Shown: piece by piece, positions 33,854 to 42,908 of the stretch
Position numbering within the stretch: the first letter of the stretch is position 1
Layout: each line of letters opens with the position of its first letter
Origin: a virus
Lineage: Duplodnaviria; Caudoviricetes
DNA: 54,687 nucleotides
Reading direction: 5' to 3' (one strand)
Virus record (IMG/VR): IMGVR_UViG_3300030117_001005
Location: 1 to 54,687 of that record
Translations under genes and position numbers: made by a program
Notes under the pieces: generated by a model
Seen by the model: the letters and a program-made list of their open reading frames with translations, nothing else
What the model was told of the DNA's origin: nothing
Databases searched by the model: none

Positions 33854-34230
33854 TGTTAACACGACAAGACCTAGAAGACATGGGATATTTTGAAGCCTTT
33901 CAATCAACAGAACCAATTAAGTTAGAAGACTATGCTGAGTGGGTAGAAAATAAAATGATTACCACTGGTGATAAAAGATTCCTAGAAAATACAATGGGAT
34001 TGATAGGGGAGACAGGAGAGTTCTTTGAGAAGCTAAAGAAACATAAGAGAGATGACACACCCCTAGATAAACAAGGTGTCACACTGGAAGCAGGGGATAT
34101 GTTCTTTTATTTTATAGCTATACTAAATCTTTTAAATATAAAGCTTGATGATGTTGTAAAAGAAAATATGAAAAAGCTAGACAGCAGAGAGAAACGTGGA
34201 ACAATAAAAGGATCGGGAGATTACAGATGA
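33853..34230 (+). CDS. mazG: MazG-like nucleotide pyrophosphohydrolase
   Basis: GLIGETGE..EKLKK, EAGDMFFY, NMKKLDSR..RGTIKGSGD. Confidence 0.85.
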   Translation: MLTRQDLEDMGYFEAFQSTEPIKLEDYAEWVENKMITTGDKRFLENTMGLIGETGEFFEKLKKHKRDDTPLDKQGVTLEAGDMFFYFIAILNLLNIKLDDVVKENMKKLDSREKRGTIKGSGDYR

Positions 34231-35984
34231 ACATACCAAACGTAGAACAGGATTATGGACCAACCTTAGAAGTTTCAAAGTGGGTTCACGAAGAGAAATA
34301 CAGAGGCCAAGGAGAAACATTTAAAGATGCTATGACTCGTGTGGCAGAGGCTCTCAAAGATAATGAAGGTCACTTCAACAACTTCAGAACAATATTATAC
34401 AATCAACGTTTTCTTCCTGCAGGTCGTGTACAGTCAGCTATGGGAGCACCAAGACGTGTAACCCCTTACAACTGTTTTGTGTCTACAACTATTGAAGATA
34501 GTATGGACGGGATCATGGACGCTGCAAGACGTGCAGCAGAAACAATGAGATTAGGTGGTGGTATTGGATACGACTTCTCTACCCTACGTCCTCGTGGTGC
34601 AATGATTAAATCTTTGGAGTCAAAGTCCTCTGGTCCTTTATCTTTCATGGGGATCTTTGATGCAGTCTGTAAGACAATAGCTTCTGCAGGTCACAGACGT
34701 GGAGCACAGATGGGTGTGTTACGTGTTGACCATCCTGACATTGAAGAATTTGTTACAGCTAAGAACAACATGACTTCCCTCACAGATTTTAATATTAGTG
34801 TTGGTGTTACTGACAAGTTTATGACAGCAGTAAAAGAAGGTACTGACTTTGATCTAGTGTTCAACGGAGAGGTACGTAAGACAGTCGATGCTCGTGCTCT
34901 TTGGGATAAGATTATGAGGAGCACTTGGGATTGGGCAGAACCTGGTATTCTTTTTATTGATCGTATTAACAAAAAAAATAATCTACACTACTGTGAAACA
35001 ATAGCAGCAACAAACCCTTGTGGTGAACAGCCCTTACCTCCTAATGGTGCGTGTCTTCTTGGCTCGTTTAACTTGGTTAAGTACGTTGTAGATCATGATG
35101 GCAAGTACGTGTTCAACATGAACCAACTTCGCAATGACATACCTCATGTTGTCAGAGCAATGGACAACGTTGTAGACAGGGCAACCTATCCCTTAAAAGA
35201 ACAAGAGCTAGAAGCTAAAAGTAAAAGGCGCATGGGTCTTGGTATCACTGGTGTAGCCAACGCTATAGAAGCACTAGGATTTGAGTATGGAAGTGATCGT
35301 TTCTTACAAACCTTAGAAGAAATAATGGGTGTTATAAGAGATGTGGCTTACACAACTTCTGTTGAACTTGCTATGGAGAAAGGTGCATTTCCTCTTTTTA
35401 GAAGAGAGTATCTTGACTCTGAATTTGCAAAGACGCTGCCTGATCATATAAGAAATCTTATAAGTGAGTACGGTATTCGTAACAGTCACCTGTTATCTGT
35501 AGCTCCAACAGGAACTATAAGTTTGTCAGCAGACAACGTTTCATCTGGTATTGAACCACCTTACAATCTTTTCTACGACAGAAAGATTCAAGAGTTTGAC
35601 GGTGAAAGAACTGAGAGAGTAGAAGACTACGGCTATCGTGTCTTTAAAGTAGCAGGTAAAACAGCTAACGAACTGTCAGTGTTTGACCATGTTAAAGTTC
35701 TTAATGTTGCTTCAAAGTTTGTTGACTCTGCTTGTAGTAAGACTTGCAATGTTGGTGATGATGTAACCTGGGAAGACTTTAAAAAGATTTACATGGATGC
35801 TTATGATGGTGGTGCTTCTGGATGCACAACTTTCAGAGCATCAGGTAAACGTATGGGAATACTTAGCTCTTCTTCATCTGAAGAAATAGTAGAAAAAGAA
35901 GTAGTTGAAGAGACACAGGACTTTGTAGATGAAGGTGGTGCTTGCTACTTTGATCCTACAACAGGACTGCGTAAGTGTGAATGA
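34227..35984 (+). CDS. nrdJ: Class II (adenosylcobalamin-dependent) ribonucleotide reductase
   Basis: FLPAGR, NCFV, GGGIG, RRGAQM, TNPCGEQ, APTGTIS, CSKT; no beta subunit nearby. Confidence 0.88.
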   Translation: MNIPNVEQDYGPTLEVSKWVHEEKYRGQGETFKDAMTRVAEALKDNEGHFNNFRTILYNQRFLPAGRVQSAMGAPRRVTPYNCFVSTTIEDSMDGIMDAARRAAETMRLGGGIGYDFSTLRPRGAMIKSLESKSSGPLSFMGIFDAVCKTIASAGHRRGAQMGVLRVDHPDIEEFVTAKNNMTSLTDFNISVGVTDKFMTAVKEGTDFDLVFNGEVRKTVDARALWDKIMRSTWDWAEPGILFIDRINKKNNLHYCETIAATNPCGEQPLPPNGACLLGSFNLVKYVVDHDGKYVFNMNQLRNDIPHVVRAMDNVVDRATYPLKEQELEAKSKRRMGLGITGVANAIEALGFEYGSDRFLQTLEEIMGVIRDVAYTTSVELAMEKGAFPLFRREYLDSEFAKTLPDHIRNLISEYGIRNSHLLSVAPTGTISLSADNVSSGIEPPYNLFYDRKIQEFDGERTERVEDYGYRVFKVAGKTANELSVFDHVKVLNVASKFVDSACSKTCNVGDDVTWEDFKKIYMDAYDGGASGCTTFRASGKRMGILSSSSSEEIVEKEVVEETQDFVDEGGACYFDPTTGLRKCE

Positions 35985-36196
35985 GTATACCTCATGTACG
36001 CAGGGGGATTGCTCCTAGATATGGGAGCACTCCATCCCCTTGTGAAAAAGTCTGTGAAATAGGTGACGATGGCTTATGCCTAGCCTGTAAAAGAACTGTT
36101 GACGAAATAAGGAATTGGCCTATAATGTCGGACTATGAGCAGGAACTTCTACTATGCGAGCTAAAACGGAGGCAGTATGTACAGAAGGAAATTTAG
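35981..36196 (+). CDS. DUF1289 Cys-rich protein
   Basis: SPCEKVC..GLCLACKRTVDEIRNW. Confidence 0.8.
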   Translation: MSIPHVRRGIAPRYGSTPSPCEKVCEIGDDGLCLACKRTVDEIRNWPIMSDYEQELLLCELKRRQYVQKEI

Positions 36197-36686
36197 AGCA
36201 GATGTTTATAACGAGGTCAACGAACCTTCAAAGCAAGCCCTTATAAAATATTTAAAAGCAGAAGGGCATGAGATATTATCAACAGAAGAAGATTATAATG
36301 CTGATGTTGTTTCAATAAAAGATGGTAATACTTACTATCATGAGGTGGAACGTAAAGCACAGTGGGGTGAAGATTATTTAGGTAATCGAGGTTTTACTTT
36401 GTTACCAGATAGTCGGTGGCCTTCTGAATGGGAAGAAGTTAGAATCCCAGGAAGAAAACAAAGATTAGTTAAAAAGTATCAGGACGAGATAGACAACTTG
36501 TTTTTCTACGTTCTTAACTGCGAGTATACTAAAGCTTGGAAAATAAAAGGAAGTCAGATGACTGATGATGTTATTAAGAAACCTTCCTTTGCAAGAGTTG
36601 ACAGGCGAGAGACATTCTATCATATACCTTACACTGAAGCCGAACTAATTATTATAGACAAGGAGAGTCATGATAGACAAACGTAA
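36177..36686 (+). CDS. Hypothetical protein, possible PD-(D/E)XK nuclease fold
   Basis: ADVV...HEVERK. Confidence 0.5.
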   Translation: MYRRKFRADVYNEVNEPSKQALIKYLKAEGHEILSTEEDYNADVVSIKDGNTYYHEVERKAQWGEDYLGNRGFTLLPDSRWPSEWEEVRIPGRKQRLVKKYQDEIDNLFFYVLNCEYTKAWKIKGSQMTDDVIKKPSFARVDRRETFYHIPYTEAELIIIDKESHDRQT

Positions 36687-36885
36687 ACAGGTTGGTGGTA
36701 CACATTACCAAAACCTTGCAATAGAACCTATTGATTATATCCTAGCAAACGAATTAGATTTTTGTGAAGGTAATGTTGTGAAGTACGTGTCTCGTTGGAA
36801 AAGTAAAGGGGGTATACAAGACCTACGTAAAGCTGCTCAAAATATAGAGTTCTTAATAGAAAGAGCAGAAGAAGAAAATGAGTAA
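36670..36885 (+). CDS. DUF3310 (T7 gp1.7/SaV-like) protein
   Basis: QVGGTHY..IEPIDYI..FCEGNVVKYVSRW..KGG..DLRKA. Confidence 0.85.
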   Translation: MIDKRKQVGGTHYQNLAIEPIDYILANELDFCEGNVVKYVSRWKSKGGIQDLRKAAQNIEFLIERAEEENE

Positions 36886-37102
36886 AGATAATAAAAAAAC
36901 CCTTGAACAAGAAGCTCAAGAGTTTATGAAAGAAGAGATTCCTACTGGTGATATACCAAGTAGGGATTACTTTGCAGGTGCTGCACTGTCGGGTTTGCTA
37001 GGATCTGGAAAGTATCTACGATCAGAAGAGATTGTAAGCCAAGCATACAATTATTCAAAGCTTATGCTTGATTATAAAAAGAGTAGAGATAAATCTTCTT
37101 AA
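36878..37102 (+). CDS. Hypothetical protein (RDYFAGAAL family)
   Basis: RDYFAGAALSG..AY..S..M. Confidence 0.65.
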   Translation: MSKDNKKTLEQEAQEFMKEEIPTGDIPSRDYFAGAALSGLLGSGKYLRSEEIVSQAYNYSKLMLDYKKSRDKSS

Positions 37103-37105
37103 ACT

Positions 37106-37136
37106 AAAACCCTCAGTTAAGTCTGGGGGTTTTTTT
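37106..37136. terminator. Bidirectional terminator where the two arms converge
   Basis: AAAACCCTCAG-TTAAGT-CTGGGGGTTTTTTT. Confidence 0.8.
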
Positions 37137-40100
37137 ATTCTATCCCCAACCTTTTACCTGTTCCTCTAATATCTTTCTGGAATCTTTTTACCATGTCTTC
37201 AAGCATGTAAAGTTGGTTTACGTCCAGATCAAACAAATCTTTTTCAGAAACGTCAAAATATTTTAAAGCTTTTCTCAAACTTTGTTTTGAGCTTGCACCT
37301 TTTATAGAGAAGATAAGACTTGTTTTCTTTTCGTCTGGGTCTAAAGATTTTTTAAGTACTTCCTTAGTGTTTTTATTAGCTACTCTTAAAATAGCTTTAA
37401 CAGAGTTTTGCTTATCTTTTAAAGACATATTATCCCAATCATTATTATAAAGAACAATGTCAGCTAACATTTCTATTTGAGGTCTTACATACTTATTGTA
37501 ATGATTGATAGCTTCAGGAGATTTGTTTCTTATTCCTGTATCCCATTCAGGTCTACCAATATCGTTAAAAAGTTTTTGAATTGTTGAAGAAGGTTGAACC
37601 TCTCGATACCCTACAAGTTTTCCTATAGGTACAGGCATAGGTTCGTCTGACAAAGCTTTTTCCTTTTTGTCTTTATCTTCTTTTATACTAGAAAAAATTT
37701 CGTCTGTGTATCTTAATGAATCATTAATCCATTTAGTTCCTTGTTTCTTATCTACTACCTCGTAGTCCTCTCCCTTAAGCATGGCAATTGTTTGATTAAC
37801 TGGTTCAAGTCTTCTCGTAAAACCAGATACGTATTGAGATACAATCTCACCTAAAAACTGTCCTGTTAAATCAAGAAGTTCTTGATCTTCAAGATCTGCA
37901 GCTATCTGAAAACCTTTTATTACCGCACCATATGAGTCACCAAAGTCTCTTGTTAAAGCACGAGTACCAAAGTTGTCACCAAAAGCTTTGAGTAAATCTT
38001 GAGGAACTGCACCATCTCTGACTAAGTGTGCTCCCATTCTACCCATTAACATTGGTACATTTCTTGGATACTCATAAAGATAACTTCTTACAGAGCCATC
38101 TTCATCTCTATCTTCGTACCAAGCAAGACCCTCTTCTAGGTTCTGCATTTGTTTATAAGTTCCTATAGCAAGAGCACTGTATCCTACTGCTGATTTAGTT
38201 ATCAGATCTAAAGTGTCTCTCTTTTGTGCTGCTTCTCCACCTGCTCTTACTACATATTTATTAATTAAACTAATACCAGAATGATCAAACATAAAAGCTA
38301 CACTGTTATTCCAAAACTGACCAAAGGGAGCAAGAACCCCTATCCCTGGAACGTTTCTTACCTCTTCTATTCCGTTGGCTAACTTCTGTAAGTAACCATC
38401 ATTACCACCATACTTCTTTGAGAAGGTGTTACGTAAAGCATCTTGAACTGCTCTAGCTTCTATCTCTGCAAACTCTTTAAACATTTCTGTTCCAGGTTGT
38501 GATAAATACTTTACCAGTTCATCATCCTGTAAGAACTCCGCAAAAGTTTTTCCGTATTTTATTCTTACTTGTTTGTCTATTGCGTAAGCAAACTCTTGAG
38601 TCTTTGTAATAAAGTCCTGAGCTTTAACAGCGTACAAAGTTTCAAATAATTCATTAGTTTTTTGAACAAAGTTTTTATCTTTTATTTTGTCAGGGTTTAA
38701 CTCAAACTCGTCAAGTATACCTTTGACTTCAACACCACCGTTGAGATACCTAAATATTTCTCTTTGTGCCTCTGGTCTTACAGCCATGTAATCTAAAATT
38801 GTGTCCTTTGTTCCGTAAGGATCAACCATGTTTCTGACCTTCTGTCTTTGAAGATCCATCATGGACACAGCTAACTTTTTATATTTAGCAGCGTCCTCTG
38901 TATTACCTGCAACAGTTTTAATTAGGGCATTACCACTATACAGTGAGGCTCTAATCATATCAGAAATACTCTGGTTTATGGTAGCGGCTTTCCAACCAAG
39001 TATGTTTAATGCTGTTGTTCCTGGATGTGTAATAATAGATCTTATCAAAAGACTTTGAAAGTCTATTGCACCTTTCTTTACTTTTTCATAAGTAGTTTTA
39101 TTAACAGGATCTACTATAGCATCTGCTATTTGCTCAGGAGATGGATCTTCTAATCCAAGTTTAGTAAACAACTGCTTACCTTGTGACTTAACTTGAAGTA
39201 TTCTTCCACCTTCTGAAACAGCAGCAGCATCTAATTTTATAAACTCTTCAAAGTTAAAATCTTTTAGTTGATCTGATGACTGCTTTAAAATATCGTAAGC
39301 TTCAAGAACAATTTTTTTGTTTTCTTTTGACAGATCCTCAAAAGCGTTTCCTAAAAAATCTGTGAAGTTCATATCAAAAGGTTGTCTGTACCCTGCTTTT
39401 GCTAGTATCTGAACAAGACCTTCAAACCCTGCAGCGTCTGCTCTTTCTAGTTGAACATCTTTCTTACCATTAAAGAACATGACAGCAAACTCAGTATCAT
39501 AGTCAATAGAAGCTTTGGGATCGTCAGAAACTTTAGCTAACTCTTTACCGTCTGCAACTTTCTGCGCCCACCTACTAGTACTTTCCTTAAGCTTAAGTAA
39601 TGCTTGAGTTACGTCACCACTAGCAAGTATTTCTTTTCTTCGTTTCTTTGATACACTGTTAAGAGTGTTATCTAAATCTTTTTGAATCTCTGAGGATCGA
39701 TGTAACTCAATTGAGGCAAGAGGTATATTCTTTTTCTTACTTATAGCAATAAGACCTAACTGCAATCCACCACCAAGAGCACCAGTTGCTGTTGATAAAC
39801 CCGCTTGAAAAAAATCTAGATCATCTTTAAATCCTGAAGTAACCTCAGCTTGTTGTTGTGTAAGATCAACACCACCTGCAGCAGCCATGTCAAAGCCAAG
39901 GCTACCATAGATAGCTTTTCTGTCTGCTTTATCTAGTATTACTTTTCTTTTAGATTTTTGAAGAGCCTGTTGTAAAGCTCTCTGTGTTGCTTCTCTTTGA
40001 ACTCTTTCAACAGCAGTTTTCTTTAATCCTTGTTTAGCAGCATTGTTAGCAGCTAGTTTACCTGCTCTAAAAGCTACTCGCTTTGCACCTTCTATTGCTG

Positions 40101-40596
40101 CTCTAGAACCACCTGCAGCAAACAACTTACCTACACCAAGAGACACTAAGTTTACTGGGTCAACAACAATAGCTCTTGCGTAATCACCTACAGCATCTAG
40201 CTTCTCTCCTAATGTCCTGTCCTTACTGAAAGCACCACCAAGACTGTCAAACAACTTGTAAGCTTGAGCAGCCTTTGCACGTCTAGCATCAAGCTCGTCA
40301 CCTTCCCCTGAGTTAAGATGTGTCAACTCAGTAAGAGCAACAACAGATTGACCTGCGTTAAACTTCCTCATTTGATTTATGTAAGAGTCAATAATCTTTC
40401 TTTTGTCGTACTCAGTTTCTTCCATACCGAATCGATCAGACATATAATCTTTAATGACGTTGTAGTTATCATCAAGTGATAACGTTTCAATAAGAGAAAG
40501 ACCCTCCTGCTTTTCTATTTCAGGGGGTCTTTCCGTACCTCCACCTCCCTGGAAATACTCATCTATTTGTTTTTGACGTTCTTGGTAAGTGCTCAT
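37135..40596 (-). CDS. Large internal virion (ejection) protein
   Basis: 1153 aa, helical, last gene of the late arm as in podovirus ejectosome modules. Confidence 0.6.
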   Translation of the reverse strand: MSTYQERQKQIDEYFQGGGGTERPPEIEKQEGLSLIETLSLDDNYNVIKDYMSDRFGMEETEYDKRKIIDSYINQMRKFNAGQSVVALTELTHLNSGEGDELDARRAKAAQAYKLFDSLGGAFSKDRTLGEKLDAVGDYARAIVVDPVNLVSLGVGKLFAAGGSRAAIEGAKRVAFRAGKLAANNAAKQGLKKTAVERVQREATQRALQQALQKSKRKVILDKADRKAIYGSLGFDMAAAGGVDLTQQQAEVTSGFKDDLDFFQAGLSTATGALGGGLQLGLIAISKKKNIPLASIELHRSSEIQKDLDNTLNSVSKKRRKEILASGDVTQALLKLKESTSRWAQKVADGKELAKVSDDPKASIDYDTEFAVMFFNGKKDVQLERADAAGFEGLVQILAKAGYRQPFDMNFTDFLGNAFEDLSKENKKIVLEAYDILKQSSDQLKDFNFEEFIKLDAAAVSEGGRILQVKSQGKQLFTKLGLEDPSPEQIADAIVDPVNKTTYEKVKKGAIDFQSLLIRSIITHPGTTALNILGWKAATINQSISDMIRASLYSGNALIKTVAGNTEDAAKYKKLAVSMMDLQRQKVRNMVDPYGTKDTILDYMAVRPEAQREIFRYLNGGVEVKGILDEFELNPDKIKDKNFVQKTNELFETLYAVKAQDFITKTQEFAYAIDKQVRIKYGKTFAEFLQDDELVKYLSQPGTEMFKEFAEIEARAVQDALRNTFSKKYGGNDGYLQKLANGIEEVRNVPGIGVLAPFGQFWNNSVAFMFDHSGISLINKYVVRAGGEAAQKRDTLDLITKSAVGYSALAIGTYKQMQNLEEGLAWYEDRDEDGSVRSYLYEYPRNVPMLMGRMGAHLVRDGAVPQDLLKAFGDNFGTRALTRDFGDSYGAVIKGFQIAADLEDQELLDLTGQFLGEIVSQYVSGFTRRLEPVNQTIAMLKGEDYEVVDKKQGTKWINDSLRYTDEIFSSIKEDKDKKEKALSDEPMPVPIGKLVGYREVQPSSTIQKLFNDIGRPEWDTGIRNKSPEAINHYNKYVRPQIEMLADIVLYNNDWDNMSLKDKQNSVKAILRVANKNTKEVLKKSLDPDEKKTSLIFSIKGASSKQSLRKALKYFDVSEKDLFDLDVNQLYMLEDMVKRFQKDIRGTGKRLGIE

Positions 40597-41549
40597 TCTT
40601 GTTCGTCACCTTGAAAAAGTTCAGCAGTTCCGTCTGGAAAGTAAGCCGTGTTTGATAGAGCCGCCCTGTAAGTTGGTCTGGTATTAAACCAGTTCTGAGC
40701 AATGTCTGGATGTACTAACATTAGTTGGTAATAATATTGATAAGGATCACTGCTGTATTCTCTTTGTATTTTTAAAAGCTCTTGATAATTTTGATCAATT
40801 TGATTTTCTATTTCTTCATTTGAAGCATCTGCTTTTTTAGCAAGCAAGTCCTGCATTTCATTTTCTATCCAAGTATCATACGACTTGTATATTTGATCTC
40901 TTGCATCAGTAAGTAATTCTCTGTCACCTCCTGACAAAAGACCTAGATCAACCTTAGTTCTTGAATCTTCTTTTCTTCCCTTTACAGGTGAAGCAGACAT
41001 ACTAGCAAAAACATCAGCACCAGTTATGTCACCAAAGATACTCTCAGAATATGCATCATACATAATATCTTGTGATGATTTTTCCCCAAACATTTTTTGT
41101 AGTAAGTTCTGCTCAACCTGCTCTGGCCTTTCTCCCATATCTCCTTTAACAAAGTAAGGAGTAGCTTTCTTAATTAACTCTGACGGATTTATATCTCCCC
41201 CTTCAAAATCTGAAGCCACCTCAACAGCTTGTTTAAGAATATTTGATGTAAGTCTACCCTCTTCCTCTGCTGTTTGTGCAGCTTTAGCAAGCCTAAGAAC
41301 TTCTCTTGGGTTGTCAATAAGCAAAGCATTAATAGACCTGTCATCTAGATCTTTAGACTGTAAGTAATCAACAGATCTCTCAAGTAAATCACGAAACTTA
41401 TTTACTTCTTGCCTACGTTCAATGCCACGTTGGGTGAGGTACTCTTTTATCTTATCCTTTTTTTCTCTCGTGTACTTCCTATTCTCTTTCATGTCCTCAG
41501 CTAAACCGCCAAGGAAAGCACCTGCAGTAACCCTACCAAAAAAACCCAT
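40593..41549 (-). CDS. Putative internal virion protein
   Basis: N-terminal GAFLGGLA, helical. Confidence 0.5.
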   Translation of the reverse strand: MGFFGRVTAGAFLGGLAEDMKENRKYTREKKDKIKEYLTQRGIERRQEVNKFRDLLERSVDYLQSKDLDDRSINALLIDNPREVLRLAKAAQTAEEEGRLTSNILKQAVEVASDFEGGDINPSELIKKATPYFVKGDMGERPEQVEQNLLQKMFGEKSSQDIMYDAYSESIFGDITGADVFASMSASPVKGRKEDSRTKVDLGLLSGGDRELLTDARDQIYKSYDTWIENEMQDLLAKKADASNEEIENQIDQNYQELLKIQREYSSDPYQYYYQLMLVHPDIAQNWFNTRPTYRAALSNTAYFPDGTAELFQGDEQE

Positions 41550-41553
41550 CTTA

Positions 41554-42090
41554 TTACCTCGCCATCAGACCTTTAGGTGTATCTTCAACAACATCATCAT
41601 CCATCATATCAGATTCTTCACTGGGTTCTGCTTCTGATGTTGCTGTTTCACTTATCTCTTTTAAAAGTTCAAAACCCTTATCACGTTCTTCTTCAGGAGT
41701 TTTGTCAACAGCCCTCACCAACATAGCAGCTTTTTCTGTTGCTGATAATTCTTCTTTATCAAAAGTTTCTTTGTATTCTACACCTGCAGCGTCAGCCATT
41801 TTCATTACTGCTTTACGGACTACACGTTCAATTAACAAACTCTTGTCAATATCGTGTACACCTTTTCCTACAGCACCTGTCATCATTGAATCAGTAAGAA
41901 CCTTTACTGGTATACCCATATCAAGAGCAAAGAAAATATTATCTATTACTTCTGGATCAGAGATCCTATCAAGATGGTATCTTACTGCTTCATTAGGTTC
42001 TGTTATTTCTGGGGGTCTTTCCCAAGGATAATTCTTTGGTTCATCTGTTAGGGCTTGCCCTGGAATAGGTCTGTTAAATACTTCAGACAT
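41554..42090 (-). CDS. Conserved virion protein (PIPGQALT.EP..YPWERPP), ends in KGLMAR
   Basis: Motif typical of internal-protein modules of marine podoviruses. Confidence 0.55.
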   Translation of the reverse strand: MSEVFNRPIPGQALTDEPKNYPWERPPEITEPNEAVRYHLDRISDPEVIDNIFFALDMGIPVKVLTDSMMTGAVGKGVHDIDKSLLIERVVRKAVMKMADAAGVEYKETFDKEELSATEKAAMLVRAVDKTPEEERDKGFELLKEISETATSEAEPSEESDMMDDDVVEDTPKGLMAR

Positions 42091-42908
42091 TATACTTCAC
42101 CTCTGTAAAATTTAATAATACTTCCTACCGTAGCATTTCCATCTTCACCTGCCCATTTAGGATTTGCTTTTAGTTCTTTACTTCCTTTTCTGTAGACTAC
42201 AAAATCTTTGTCTTTGTCTCTTGCTGAAGGTGCAGCAATCAACAGACCTAAAGGAACTGACCCATTGTAGTCTGCATAATTCCATCGATCTAAATATTTT
42301 TCTAGAGCGTTTAGCTGATCTACTGGATTTTTAGAACTATTTAATTTTTTAATGTTAATTCCTGCTTCTTTAGCAGGTGTTGCTAATATTTGAAACATGT
42401 TCTTTGCAGCAGGGTTAGTCATAAGACTACTTTCTTTAGCACCAACCATAAGTATTTCACGTTCAGGTATACCATACTTTTCTGATAGCTCTGTCAACTT
42501 AGCAGAAAATCTTTCGTCTTCTTTTAACTCTTTTATGGTGTCAGAAAAATCGTCTAGGTCTTTATCAAAAAAATACTCTGCTCCTTTAGGACGGTTAGGA
42601 ATACTTTCTTCCATGTCATCTGTGTCCATGTCACTAAAATCAAAATCTTTTTCAAGATCGTCATCCCAAGTTCCGTAGAACTCAGACAAAGCTTCGTCTG
42701 CTTTAGAATCATCAACAGAAGCACTAGTTTTTAAAGCGTTTCTTACACCCCTTCTAGCCTCTTCCATTTTTGCTTTAGTCTCGTTTCTTCCCATAAGACT
42801 TCGTTGGGTAGTCTCAGCTTTGTTAGCTTGTGCTGCTCCTTTCCAATTCTCTAAAATCGCAGCATGTATTGAAGCTGCTTGTGGTTCTTTATCTGGAGGT
42901 AAACTCAT
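42090..42908 (-). CDS. Putative virion lytic transglycosylase-like protein
   Basis: LSEKYGIP..ILMVGAKESS..NP..NMFQI..QLNALEKYL resembles a degenerate SLT core. Confidence 0.5.
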   Translation of the reverse strand: MSLPPDKEPQAASIHAAILENWKGAAQANKAETTQRSLMGRNETKAKMEEARRGVRNALKTSASVDDSKADEALSEFYGTWDDDLEKDFDFSDMDTDDMEESIPNRPKGAEYFFDKDLDDFSDTIKELKEDERFSAKLTELSEKYGIPEREILMVGAKESSLMTNPAAKNMFQILATPAKEAGINIKKLNSSKNPVDQLNALEKYLDRWNYADYNGSVPLGLLIAAPSARDKDKDFVVYRKGSKELKANPKWAGEDGNATVGSIIKFYRGEV

